From Oopsacas minuta (Eukaryota > Animalia > Porifera): a stretch of DNA of 64,000 nt. The notes below the pieces were generated by a model. It worked only from the letters and a program-made list of their open reading frames with translations, was not told the origin of the DNA and did no database searches. Positions within the stretch are counted from its first letter, which is position 1. Each line of letters begins with the position of its first letter. The position numbers and the translations under genes were made by a program. Where the stretch lies: NCBI GenBank assembly GCA_024704765.1, contig JAKMXF010000325.1, forward strand, positions 225,171 through 289,170, read 5' to 3'. Positions 22,653 through 35,837 of this stretch are shown one piece after another.

Positions 22653-23949
22653 TACTATATTTGGTTTATGTTTGTTAGGTAGTAACATGCAATCTGTCTA
22701 ATTGTTTGACAATATTATCTCTTTTGATGTAGGTATGTATTATTTTCTAGAAATTTAAATCTATAATACACTCTATGATCAGCTAACATTGTTAGCTGCT
22801 TGTATACCGGAAATCATAACTTATGTGTCAGATTTAGAACATCAGGAATGCCACTGACTTCTTAAATTCACGAACTTGCAACTTGTTATACTGTGAAATT
22901 TGCTTAGGCCGAAAACAGCATACAAAGTATATTTGATATTCCGCAATCTGCGAGTGCTAGACGCTGAAAATGTATTATTGTCATATAGGAAGTCATATTT
23001 TGAAGTCCAACGGTAATATTGGTTTCTCGGAAATATTTGTGGAATGTAAGTTATGCGATATTCACACTTTTCCATATATGGTAATATTGTCAAAATCCCC
23101 ATATAAGTTAGCTATTTGTCGCATGAAATATGTTATTCGTGTATATGGATAACATGTATTATACATAGCATTCAAATACACAATGCAATGACACTGGCTA
23201 TTTTTCAGAAACAATGCACTTTAGGCCAAATGAATGCATTACATACTTTGTAGAAATACAGTCATCATTCCATAAAAGCACTTTTTGTCAAAATAATTAT
23301 ATATTCTGTAATCAATAATTCAGCAAATTTTCAAAAAATGTTCCATCTTTGAAACCATGCGTTAAATATTGATATTTGATTAGAATGTTGAAATACGAAA
23401 TGTTCTAAAATCGTTTCTACACAAAATATACAAATTTGTCATGATAAAATTAGCATATTTCTGAGTTATAGCACATACCATGGATAGCACATATTTTTCC
23501 AATATCCACTAAAACTCGATAATCATGGAAATTATTGTAAAATCAGGATAGCTATTATAGTATACATCTGACTTCCCAGACCCTACTAATACATTTTGAC
23601 ATGATATCTCTGAGGATTATTGAAAAATATTGAAAATGACCATATTTAGGCATATTCACGAATACGTCACATCTAGTAAGGGGGTAACGCTTTCTTATGC
23701 CCTGTAGGTAATAGAAAAATAACCTATCAATTTTTGTCGAATTTTTAGCATATATCTTTGGGCCAGTTACTGAGATTTTCATCATACGATAAAAGAGGAA
23801 TCAATTTATAACATTGTATTAACAATACAGACGATAGCATTATGTATTCATGTTGGATATGAAAGAAGTGCCAAGAATATTGAGGAACCAGGGAGGTCGA
23901 GGTCAATCTAGAAAACAGTGTAGAAAGATAATTTGTAAGATTGATATTT

Positions 23950-24310
23950 GTATTTACTAGACTCAACTCGATTAGCGGCGTTGAACGAGGGGTCACTCGA
24001 TGAGGTTTGGACAAAATTTGAGAATGGAATGTTGTCACATGTTGTTACATTCCTGAGTTGCTATGAAAAATATGTCCAAGTATGGTCAAGTGACCTAGCA
24101 AATTGCTGGAAATTTGACGCTAAGTACGAATCTGGAGGTTAAAAGTTGGTTCGATCAGATTTGCAATGGTTAGCCCCTGGGCGATATACAGGCGAATTAA
24201 CAGATAGCAGCAATTTAAAAATGTAAATTGGGATCGGAAATGTATCAATAGGCAGTCGTTCCCATCCTAATATTGTTCAGGAGCCTTGAATGTACAAGTG
24301 TATCAATTTT
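23950..24310. repeat. Representative copy of an abundant dispersed repeat family (actagactcagctagcctagcggcg... core)
   Basis: The same core is seen at ~1393, 23955, 37055, 39235, 42755 (+) and ~35590, 38510, 56280 (-). Superfamily not assignable. Confidence 0.7.
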
Positions 24311-24689
24311 CATGCATTCATCCAGATTTAACAATTTTTAGCTCAAGCAACCTGAATGGAATATATCACCGGCACCAAAATGTGAATAACTCAAAGTGAA
24401 CAGATGGAAACCAAATGAAATATTATATACGGTGAGATACTTCTATAACGTGGATAAAACAACAGCTGATTCATCGCAGAGCAGACCACACAGGAACCTA
24501 ACAACCATCTTTCTGAACATATTGAAGTACGCTTTAGATTGGGAAAAGTATCCATAGCTTTCTTACTACGCCCAATGACTCAATATTTTAAGCTCGTGTT
24601 TGTTGTGAGATTAGCCCAAGCATCAGGACTACTAGTGAGGATGATAGCGCTTATTGGTAGAGATTTTCTAATCAAAGGGCACGCAATGG

Positions 24690-25735
24690 AGATCGATATA
24701 CAGGATAATGATATATAAATCAACACTGAATTCATCCCCAAATGGTTATGTATGGGACTACCATAAGGACGTAAATGGTCTAATGACTAGCTAAACACCT
24801 AGCTGAGGTGGACGTAAAAGGTCTACTCCTCATCATTGACGGACTAGATGAATTTTCACAAAAGATTGAATTCATAGATACATTCTTCTGCAAGCTTTAT
24901 TCCGCTTACAGGATTTCCAATTAGTCACCATATTTGTGGTTCAGTCGGTGAGTTTGTTGTTATTTCATTCGTGAACTCAATTGGGGTTACATCAACCTCC
25001 CTTTAGCTATTTTGCGAATATATACTATCTCTTTATATGTGGTCTCATCAGAGAAGCCTACAGGTCTTGGCATTTGTTTTAGAATGGTTAGGTCTATGAA
25101 TACATGATATAGGTCTACTCTTTCCATGTCACCTAACATTTGCTTAACTTTCTTAAATTGTGTCAGTGAGTATTGTTTCAGTTTGGTTACCATTCTCCCA
25201 TTTTAGCGATTTGATCATCAACCTCCTTTCTGAATTTATTAAGAATTCACCTTCCTCCATTCCAGAGAATTTCTCTTGGTAAGGCATTAGTCTGTCTTAC
25301 AAGATCATTTTTTTCCAATGCTTGTAGAATCTTTGAAATTTGTGTGAGGTTAGTTAATTTGAGAAATGATTTGACTGTCAATTCCTTCTTATGGTATTCT
25401 CCCTCTATAGGGGTAGATGAGCACAGGCATGGTGTTTCACATGCTATATTTACTAGATTAGGACAGACGATCTTGAATGCACAGTAAAATGTGTGGAGTA
25501 TGTTCTTCCCAGCCTCGTAACATATGCAAGAATTCAGCTCCCCCTTGAATGTCCTCCCATGTGCCATGTGGAATTGCTAGATGATTTATTTTTTATAAGA
25601 TTATCTGTCAGTTGTTTCAATAACTCTTTTGACTCTCTTAGTTCTTCCAAATCTATCTTTAATTCAATTGATCTAAAGTTAAATGAATTTATAGTTTGGT
25701 TGTCCAGTTCAGATTAAGTACAATGGAATATTGGT
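24690..25735 (-). pseudogene. Death-fold + NACHT (NLR-like) pseudogene fragment with an internally inverted segment
   Basis: The minus strand (25735->24905) reads a helical death-fold-like region, then DLYHVFIDLTILKQMPRPV and QIW*LIGNPVSG (degenerate Walker A). The plus strand (24690->24900) reads ...KWLCMGLP...KHLAEVDVKGLLLIIDGLDEF (NACHT Walker B). Confidence 0.7.
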
Positions 25736-26219
25736 TGGGAAGAATTGTACTGAGACTTAATTTTAATGGAAGAGGTATAATTTACTTGTTTTAACATGGA
25801 AATCAGACTAATTGACCCAAACGTTGGCGCCTAGGACCTCCCGTAGGTACCAGGTTCAGAGAAAATATTGATCGAACACTTAATTTATTTGTTATAGACT
25901 TGAAAGGACTGTCATACTATATTTGGTCTCCCTGCAGTGTAATCTACCCCCCGGATAATTCTAAGAATGAAGAATTAACCAGTAAGGAACTCATTCTATA
26001 ATGATATATCATGTATATGGAACTTGCTCTGGTTGAATTGTCCGGATAACAGACTTGCTCCGGGGGTATATAATTATGCGTTTTATATAGCTTGTTCTGG
26101 CTGTAAAATGGGATATTTTCTCGAACTATTTATTAATCGATCTTCTAATTGTGGTAATTATGGATTTTCCTACTTGTTTGTACAGTATTTTACCACGGAG
26201 TAGTTTAACATCATGTTCA

Positions 26220-26482
26220 AAGTCGACTTAATTCGCTCGTTATCATATCAACATCACGGCATATCACGAAGAAGTCGATCAATTAGATGGAGGTCGAATT
26301 GGTGAATGTGTTTGCGAATAAAAAAGTTGCAAGAAGAAAGGTTTCTATACCGAAACAAATTTGTTTTGTTGTATTTAACGATTATTAGAAAATAATGAGA
26401 ATGCATTGTTCTTAGTTATTATTCAAATAAAAAATTTGCCCCCACTCAACGAAACCACATACCATGCAATATACGCTCCTGG
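26220..26482 (+). mobile_element. hAT 3' end fragment
   Basis: RLNSLVII...EEVDQLD..ELVNVFANKKVARR resembles the extreme hAT C-terminus. Terminus aatatacgctcctg is shared with 11922-11934. Confidence 0.4.
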
Positions 26483-26959
26483 CGCGTGGTGGTTTTCATT
26501 GAGGCTAATAAAGCTAAAGCCTCAGGGCCACCAAATTCTGGAGGGCCCCAAAAGTATTTGGTGATATGTCAAAACTACAGAATTCCAACAATCCAGGGAT
26601 TTCGCCATTTTTACAGGCGTCTAGTGATTGATCTATAATGTCCCAGATTTTAGATGAAGCGGCGCTATTGTGTTTCAGGATCATAATACAACAATTAATC
26701 ATAAAAGTATTAATTCTACGTGTTTATTCGTAAATTACCAAAATTATGCTTTCATGGATTCCTGGACAAGAAATTCCTAGATTAATCTGACACACTAAAA
26801 ATGTGCAAGAAGGAATCAGTTCTGATTAGGTATAAGTCATCCGTTCTGAAATTTAACTATAACTATACTTAGGAATATAAATGCTTGTTTCTGGTTCATC
26901 TCCACCTTCAGTTTGACTATACAGCTTTACCTAAAGAGTAAGGATTTTCAAGGAGATAG

Positions 26960-28150
26960 TAAGGTACATTTATCAATATTTGCATACCTGACTACACTTT
27001 ATTTGTTGAAACGCCCTTCCTTTGTCAACAATTACTGTTTCAAGATTTATTTTTTTAGAGGGGATGGACCTTGCCAAAGATCTTCTAAGTTTCCCTTTCG
27101 TTGTTTTCTGTTTGGTATAAGTATTCTCACTCGTAACTTTACATTGACTTTAGGATTTATCTTCTTGTCGTATCTCTTCTTCATCCTTATTTTGGAAGAC
27201 TGAAGGTTTGTAGAAATAAATCCATTGATATTTTGTCCAAGCTGTTGGATTTCATGGCTGTACTCCGTCACTAAATGACTGTTTTCCCCTAACTCATATT
27301 CACTTTGCATATCGTTCTCCTAATCATTTGAGGTACGTTACGAACCCATGCACACATTCAAATGCTGAAAACTAGTTGAATCTAGACGCGATCGAATGTT
27401 ATAGAGAATGTTATATGTTACAAGTGGTCAGACAATAGATTTATTTTCTGTTAAACTTTAGCAAAGATGTATTTAATATCTTTGTGGTAAGATTCTGTGA
27501 GTCCATTTGTTGGTGGATGATAAGGGGTAGAAAATATCAATCAGCAATTTACTATATCCTGGAGTTCTACCATCAATATGCAGGTAAATTCCTTTCCGTT
27601 ATCTCTTATTATCTGAGTAGGTGCACCTTTGCTGCAATATATAGAGAATACACCTCTCGTTACTTCAGTAGCTTCTTTGTTTCTTTATTTTCTCGTCTTA
27701 ACAAATTTTGTGAAATGATCCACCATCGTAAAATATAATGGTGTCCATTTGACATGATCAAAGGTCCAGTCAGATCCATTCCTACACGATACCACTGCCT
27801 AGTAATTACAGGTAGGGGCTTAAGTGGCTCAATTGGACGTTTGAGTGAATAAGTATTGAGCCTACACCGTTCACAATTTTGACATAATTGCGAATTGTAT
27901 CAAGACACTTAGGCCAGGAATATCGTTCTTTTGTAATATTCTAGATGTAATTTGCACACTGATGACCAAAATTATCATGCAATTCTTTTAAAATATCATA
28001 CAATTGACTTGTCTGGATGAATAATAGTTTGGGTATTCCAAGTAGAGGGAGGTAAGCTCTACCATGTACTTCTTAGCCATTTTACGTAGGTATCATTTGG
28101 CTTTTTATCTTTTACGCCAGAATACCTTTGTATCACAACCTATGACATAT
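26960..28150 (-). mobile_element. Degenerate Gypsy/Ginger-type DDE integrase
   Basis: Minus strand: LRKMAKKY, ILKELHDNFGH, RYSWP..IRNYV..CERC (H2C2 zinc finger), MDLTGPL, VDHFTK, IIRDNGKEF-(D35E)-STPYHPPTNGLTE, then RMKKRYDKK...KGNLEDLWQGP. Contains stops and frameshifts. No RT, RNase H or LTR seen. Confidence 0.85.
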
Positions 28151-29307
28151 TGGTACATATAGTCGCCCAGACCAAATATTCAGGGACCATATGTACTAGA
28201 ACAATGACACAGCAATAATAAAAATACTCCACAATAACCGATTATGGCCGAAGTGTTACGTAATGAAAAGGAACACTAAAATTTTACCACTTCGTTTTAA
28301 CCAATTCCCGCACCCAAATCGAGATTTTAGCACCTTTTGACGTCATAAAATCACACATTTCCCGTTTATTCGGTTAAATTTTGTCTTCAATTTGAGGTTA
28401 CTCCCAATCTTACTAATTGGGCCGAAGCTGATGAATGAAAGCAAAAAAATGTTTGGTTTCGGTAAGTTGTAAAATTTTGTCTAAATTGAGGGTAAATTCT
28501 AATGCAATTATAGTAGTGTTGCAGATTGCTATCAAATTTTGGACCGAGACCGAACCGAACCGAGCAGGGACCGAACTAATAGTATGACAAATTTGTACTT
28601 CTTATCCTATATTCGTGTTAATCGTGGTTTTATATCGAGGTGCGCTGTTATTATATTGAATAATCAAATATACACCAATAACTAAAAAATTTTGTTTGGG
28701 GTTAAGCCCTTTCTAAGGCTTAAGTCCAAGCTCAAATCCTTGTAATACGAGCTTAAGTCCGTTGCCATATTTTTCTAAAGTCATAACTTTTCTTAATAAG
28801 TATGCAAATATTGACAAACTGCTACTTTACTAACAATTATACAATGGTACAAAGAAGCGATGAATGCAAATGATATTCTAACTACTAGTTTTGACAATTT
28901 GCAACTGTAAGCTCTAATTTTGAGGAGGTTTAATCAAAGCTCTAATGTAAGCGCCCCAGAAATAATTAATCCGTAGGGAGGCGCCTTTTAATAGAAAAGA
29001 GGAAACTCGCTTTACCCAAAGGGCGCTTGACGTAGAACGGCGCCTGAATTAGAGCGAATACAGTCATATACGGTATTTACGATATATATTAAGCACAGAT
29101 TAAAATAATAAAATTTGGATTATATTAGGTATTAAAATCTTCAACTGACATTATTGGTACACTCCGCACGCTGTATATGTTATGCCACATTTAATAATTT
29201 GCTTGGCTCTTAATTAAATCACAGACACACATTATATTTATTTATTTATACATAACTTGTTTCTTTCCAAATATAAATCCAATTTTATTGCAGAAAAATA
29301 TCTAATA

Positions 29308-29451
29308 CAGTAAAACCTACAGTACGTCAACACTCTGGGGACCAGCCAAAATGTCCACATACGAGAGGTGTTCACTTTTCATAACATTGTGCGTAGCAAA
29401 GGAAAACTTTTGGAACCGAGAAAAGGTGTTCATCTTTTAGAGGTTTTACTG
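29308..29451. mobile_element. CAGTAAAACC-type TA MITE (144 bp)
   Basis: TA|cagtaaaacct ... aggttttactg|TA. Confidence 0.65.
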
Positions 29452-30222
29452 TACTAGATTACACATATTTGCAGTACTTCAACGATTATATAACTTTCGA
29501 AAATGGGTCCTGGATCCTATAGTATTGTGCATTTCGCTAATTCGAACGAAATCATTAATCCGAACGAATTATTTTGCAATTGGAACTGTGCCGTTCGGAT
29601 TAGCGAGGGTGTTTTGTAAGAAGAACGTATCTGCTAAATTTGTTACCCAACCAAATTTCTAACCAGCGAACAAGGTTGCTAGTTGATACATAGAAATTCT
29701 CCAATAACCTATTTAGTGACATCAATTCCGGGGTTGCAAGAGGGTATATTTCGGAAATATATGATTAACTTAATCCGAGACCAGTGTTGAGCATACGGCT
29801 GTCTCGCAGCGACCTAGCAAGAGAAGCTAGAAGCGCTAGTGAATATAAGTTTGGAATATTTTTAGGTTATATTTTAGATCGAAGAGAATAACCTATATAC
29901 CGAGGTGCAAATCTTCAAGTTACAATAACCTTTTGACAAATTATCAACCCCAAACCTTAAACGACGTAGGCTGTTGATCGAATACAGAAAATATTAAACC
30001 ATTTCACTACTGGGAGGCTACGCTAAGTAATTAGAAAACCCATTCTGACAAAATCTAAACCCCACTTATTTCACAATGACTATTATAGCGATGAAACTCT
30101 GATAAATGACAACTTTATTACCTATTATTATTATAAATACAAGCTCCTCATTGATGGAAGTAACTATTCTATCCATGTTCTAGAATTTAAATTGATTTTG
30201 TATTAGTTTATTTTGTAATAAA

Positions 30223-32231
30223 ATGTCATCTCCCTTCACACAAGCCAAATCAAAGACACCGAAAGGATTTGAACATCTGCTGCAGAGTGACGTCGTTGAA
30301 GAGAATCCTATCGGCGAAAAGGATCAAGTAACTGGACAATCAGGTGTATTAATGTGTAGTTACTAGAAGAAATACAAAATTATCAATAGCATGTATTTAT
30401 ATAGATAAGCAAGATCTAGATTCTGAGGGTGAACAGACAACAGCAACAGTTAACAACGTGAATAATGATAAACTTGAATTTGATAATGCAGAATTTACAG
30501 AACTTATGACAGCTAAAGACATTCCAGTTGAAGTTATTCAAGAAGCTCCAGACAATCCAAAAGAGGAACCAGAAAATGCATTGATAAAAGATGAGGTGGT
30601 TAGCCCTGTTAGTGTTTAGTGATTTCCGGGATGTCCCGCCGCTGTCCCATCACATCCTGGCTATTAGTAACGATCAAATCGATAAATGTATTTCTGTAAT
30701 CGATATTCAGTCTATCTCTGCTAGTAATCATCCTAGATAAAATAAGCTTTCATTAAAACGCACAACAGGGACTGCTGAAAGGGAGTATGACATTGGTGTA
30801 AAATGCTAGTGCGACATTTATGTACAAATATTTGGCAACAAATGTCGCACTAGTGGAAGTATTACATTAGTGAAATAGTGGGCTAAAATCCACATAATCA
30901 CCAATTATTACCAATATTCTTAACTAATCCAATCAAAAACCTATCCACCACCAAGTAGATATCGATTTAAAATATCCAATTTTACAAAATAGTCAGAAAT
31001 CCGGACATATCCAGACACAGGAGGAATATTGACAGTAATCCAAGGTAAAACGCTAGTGCATCGTTTGTGTACATATATATTCGTACACAATTGCCCTACT
31101 GTCTGTACACAAACGTCTCTCTCGGGTTAGAAAATACAAAGTTTACTCTCATTCATAGTTGTGTGTTAATATTTTCGTAATTACCGATTACAGCCGAAGT
31201 GTTACTTTCTTAACAAAAAGCACATGCAATTTGACCACTTCGTTTCAATCAAATCCCGTACTCAAATAGAGATTTCAGCACGTTAGTGACGTCATAAAAT
31301 CACACATTTTCCGGCCGTATTCGGTTAAGAAAGAGTCGATTGACACTAAAGATTGGGCTCTAGGTCAGCGTTTCTTAACCTGGGGTGCTGAAATCGATTT
31401 TAGGGGGTGCTGGATAAGGATTCTACTATGTGCTGTACGGTGTTTTGTTTAGATTCTAGATAACATTTCAGGCTGGCAGATGCTTCAGGATAAATATCGA
31501 AACATTCAGCTGTCTTTACTAAATATAGTAATGTCTGGCTATAAATTAGTTGTATTTACCCTATAACTTCCTTTCTGTGTTACTTACTTGAGTTATTTTC
31601 TGTCACAGATTTGTCATAGGGAATAATTATACTGGTATGGAATCCAGTTCCATGGAACTGAACTTCCATATAAGGAAATCGGTATTTTAAACGGACCCAT
31701 AAGCTGAAAAATGAAACTGTGCGTAATGTAAAACTGGTTCAGTTCCATGGAACTAGATTCCATATAAGTATTTTTGTGATTTAGGTATCAGTATCAGCAT
31801 CAGTATCAAATCTATAGCATTGTGGATGATGCCATAGATTTGATTGCATGTACTTTATATTTCCAATTTATTCTTTCATTTAGGGAAGAAAGATTGTTAA
31901 AGAAATGCTTATGACAGGAGGAGTAGCATTAGGCATAGGAACTATAGGCGGTGCAGTGGTTTGTGCTGTAGCAGCACCATTCATTTTACCTGCAATAGGG
32001 TTTACTGCAACAGGTGTAGCTGCTGGTAGCATAGCTGCTGCTATACAGGGTCCTGTTGTTGCAGCAGGATCGGCTTTTGCTATAGCACAGAGTAAAGGCG
32101 CAACAGCAACAGTTGCTGGTGCTATGGGAGTGGGAGCTGTAGCAGGTGGAATTGTTGGAGGGATTGTAGGAGGAGTATCTGGAGGTCTGGCACGAGCATA
32201 TTCTGCAATAAAGAATATAAAGAAAACCTAA
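30223..32231 (+). CDS. IFI27/ISG12-like protein with acidic N-terminal extension, copy 2; exons 30223-30343, 30405-30595, 31884-32231 (219 aa)
   Basis: GT-AG introns of 61 nt (phase 1) and 1288 nt (phase 0) give a 660-nt open frame: MSSPFTQAKS...DKQDLDSEGEQ...PENALIKDE|GRKIVKEMLMTGG...GFTATGVAAGSIAAAIQGPVVAAGSAFAIAQSKGA...IKNIKKT*. Confidence 0.75.
31632..31768. mobile_element. TA MITE (137 bp) in ISG12-like intron 2
   Basis: 32-bp TIR ctggtatggaatccagttccatggaactgaac vs cttatatggaatctagttccatggaactgaac (3 mismatches). TA flanks. Confidence 0.7.
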
Positions 32232-33136
32232 GTGGAATTTCAAGCTCAGTAATTGATGTTCTATTCTGTTGATCTCTACCTATCGGCACAGTATTAGATA
32301 CTCGTGTATATATATTTTTAGGCACAAGTCATTGGCGGTCCCAGGGGGCGCAAACGGTGCATTTGCCTCGGATTTGAAAATTTTGGTCGTGGCCTTGCCC
32401 AGGCTATGGCAAATCCTCGGACCGCCCTGGAACAAATATGGCTTCCATAGGTGGATTCAACTTAGTTATCTGCACCAAAATATCGCAGAATTAGTGTTAG
32501 TTAAATATTTAAACACCTAAAAAATTATATCTAGCCGACAGACTGATGGTGCAGCTCGGGGTTATTTGGTTGTGTTTCTTTCAAGGCGGGGGGGGGGGCA
32601 GGAAAGTTCTAGCATCGTTTTGGATGATATACCAAAAGGTGTGAATGTGACCATATGATAAATCATGTAGATTGAGATTTGAAAATGTAATAATTGGAAA
32701 CTACATACTTGGTTAGCCCTAACTGCCAGTTGAAACGATTTTTTAGCATCTTTTTGAAATATTTGTAAAAAGGTGTGAAAATATGATTAATCATAAGAAA
32801 GGTTGAAACTGAGCGAACCTAATATCAGTAATCATGAATAGCTGTCTTACCGAATACGACTACGAATACTGATAATATTCGCTTACCGTAATCCAATCTT
32901 CTATTGGTAGTATATCTGGATTTCCTATCTGTTTGTATTGGTCAGGCGACCTAGCATCGAAATTTAGCCGAATTGAGACGAGCTGGACAATAGCACCAAT
33001 TTTTTATACTTAATCTTCATGATCACTGTATCAAATTTCTCATCGGCCTTCCGTCGAACGGATACATTTTCGATCCAAAATTGCATTTAAAATTTCTGCT
33101 GTCTGCTAATTCACCGATATCCCCCAGGGGTTAACT

Positions 33137-35421
33137 CAGTGTATCTCAAACTTTTTTCGGACAGCGCCCCTTGTCAACAATATTCTCTCGGTACTCCTCC
33201 CTCCAGAAAGTCTAAATATTTTTACTACACTCGTATTTGTTTAATGATAATAAGTAGTATTTATCAATTAATGAGAAGGGTGTACTTGAGCGTGATGTTC
33301 GTCGATAATCCCATTTACATCTGGTTTCATATCAGTTAGCAGCAATCTCAAATCTCCGCATTGAGAAATATCTTGTCTGTTTCTTTGCTTCGTTAGTAAT
33401 TGAACGACTGCACTAAAACCTCTCTCAACGAGATATGATGTCGGAAACGCCAGAACTAGCAGTTTTGCTACTTTCCACAAATTGGGAAATTTATTTCGTC
33501 CTACGATTGCAATCCAAAATCGTTCATACCCCATCATTGTAAAATGAGCTTTTTCCTCGCAATCACTTTGCAAGTCCATCAGCTCTTCCTGCAAATAGAG
33601 TGGAACTGTTGGGGCATCCACACAGAAAGGGGCAATTAGCCAATGAGGCGGTTCAAGTTCCAACAAGTCAGTGAATCGCTTGATCATATCCGCTTTCTGT
33701 ACTTCAAGATGTTCACAATATGCTAGCAAATCGTCATCTGAAATTTGGAGTCCTGCTAGGTGAGGAAACTGCTAAAATTCTCGTCGACCGATATTTTGTT
33801 TAAATATCGTTAGTTTCTCTATGAAGGAGTTGACAACAGTTTTGCACTTGACCAGAGTGACTAAATTGCCTTGTAGTTTGCAAGTTAATTGCTTTGAAGT
33901 TATCAAAAATGTCAGTCAAGTAAGCTACATCTGATTTCGCTGCACTGACAAGCTGCATCAACTGCGGATTCTCTTCCTCTAAAAATTCTAAAATGGTGTC
34001 GAAAAGACTATAGAACCGACTGAGACACTTTCCTTTTGAGAGCCACCTCACTTCTGTGTGCAAAAGCAGACGTTCAAATTCTGTTTCGTATTCGAGACAT
34101 ATTTGGCGAAATATTCTTTCCTTGAGTGCGGAAGCCTTGGTTTTATTAATAACAGTAATGACGATATATAATGAGTTGTGCAAGCGACCACTTAGATGTT
34201 TTGTAACCAAATGTTCTCGATGGACGACGCAGTGAATAGCGAAAACCTCAGGCACAGCCTTTTTCAAGTACGAAATGAAACCACGATGCCTACCAACCAT
34301 AGCTGGCGCCCTATCTGTTGCAAAAGCAATGACATTATTCATGGGAGTTTCCTTTTCCTGAAAGAAATTTTCCACGACTTTGTAGATAGATTCACCTTTT
34401 GTATCAGTTACTAGTGGTCTAGCAAACAACATTTCTTCAACTATTATTCCTTCGAGAATATATCGGACATATGCAAGGAGCAGTGCTTCGTTACCTGGCA
34501 ATGTGGATTCGTCAATTTGAAGAGAAAATTCCGTTGTTTTAAGTGTACTGTATAGTGTTTTCTCAACACCACTAGCCATCAAATTTATTCTCCTAGCCAC
34601 AGTACCATTGCTTAACGGAATGGACTTAATCACACTTCGCCCATCTGAATGCATAACAGTTGTAACTGCTTCCTGGATTGCAGGTAAAATGAGTTTTTCA
34701 CCAATTGTATGTGGCTTACCAGATTTTGTAATTAGTAACGAATTGTTATAGGAGGCAAGCAAACCATCAATGTTTTGTCTATCTATTTTTCCAAAGATTA
34801 GGCCATTGTTTTGCTGCTGTCTCTCAATTTAATGAAGAATTGCACATTTTTCTCTGCCTTATCACTGCGGAGCGATTTCATATAATCAATCATTCTTGAT
34901 GGCTTCATTCCCTCATTAGAAACAACTTGTTCGCACAACAAACACATTGGGAGTTGTTCATTGGAAGGAGATTTAACAAATCCGTATTTGAAATAATCAG
35001 CACTATACTGTCTACACTTCTTTTTACTATTCATTTCGTCGATTGAGTTTATCAATTCCTTTCGGTTTAGATTTCTACGTATGTATTTATATTGAAATTA
35101 AACAAACTACTAACTATTACGAAGTTTACATTTGTTTGAAGAACAGTGATAATTATATTTCGATTAGGAAAGCCATAGACATTGTGACAAAAGAATTCTT
35201 CATTCGTTTTTAAGGATTAGCTGTTGTTAATAATCACCAAGAGTATTACCACTGTAAATGACTTTGATCATTGAAGTGTTTGTTAGCACCTATTGTTAAT
35301 GAATAATGAGGAATATGATACCACTTTTTTGACGTGAGGTCGTATCTGTTTCGCTTTCTATAACCCACAGCGCCCCGCCAGTGCCCCCAGGGGGCTCTAC
35401 GGCCCACTTTGAGAAACACTG
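33137..35421 (-). mobile_element. Buster/Charlie-family hAT transposon (2285 bp), inactive
   Basis: TIR cagtgt(a/t)tctcaaa. TSD ggttaact (33129-33136) / ggttaacc (35422-35429) fits the Buster nnnTAnnn consensus. Transposase remnants inside. Confidence 0.95.
33268..35055 (-). pseudogene. Buster-type hAT transposase (ZBED5/ZBED8-like), frameshifted into three ORFs
   Basis: Motifs RQYSADYFKYGF, LPMCLLC, NEGMKPS, PLSNGTV, QIDEST, ATDRAP, HCVVHRE, EVRWLS, AFPTSYLVERGFS and terminal QVHPSH. Confidence 0.92.
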
Positions 35422-35837
35422 GGTTAACCTATTCAACTTTTAACCACCAGATGCGTACTCAACATCAAATTTTCAGTAATTTGATGGATCACTTGAACAT
35501 ATTCCCCAGCAACGCAGGAATGTAACAACATTTCATGCTCGAAATTTGTCCTAACCACATCAGGTGACCCCTCGTTCGACCAAACTAGGCTAGTTGAGTC
35601 TAATTATACACACATTGACCCTCAAAATGTTTTAACACGATTTACTAGTGCAACAACCGCACTTTCTCAATTTTCGTGATATTTCCTATATATACTAACT
35701 TAAACGAGCCGCTTCGCTTGCTCGCGCTCTGCGGCTCACCAACACTCTGTGTTCGCATTCACAAGGCCAACTATTACTTAAACATGAGTACCTTGAAAGT
35801 GCGAAATTCGGAATCAGCGTACTGGATTGCCCTAGCA

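Noticed and set aside
24690-24900. L1 twin-priming as the cause of the NLR inversion
   Set aside because: Twin priming gives divergent fragments with a poly(A) tail and TSD. Here the fragments converge and neither feature is seen.
26514-26702. 62-aa minus-strand ORF with protein-like composition
   Set aside because: No recognisable motif or splice context, and it overlaps MITE-like termini.
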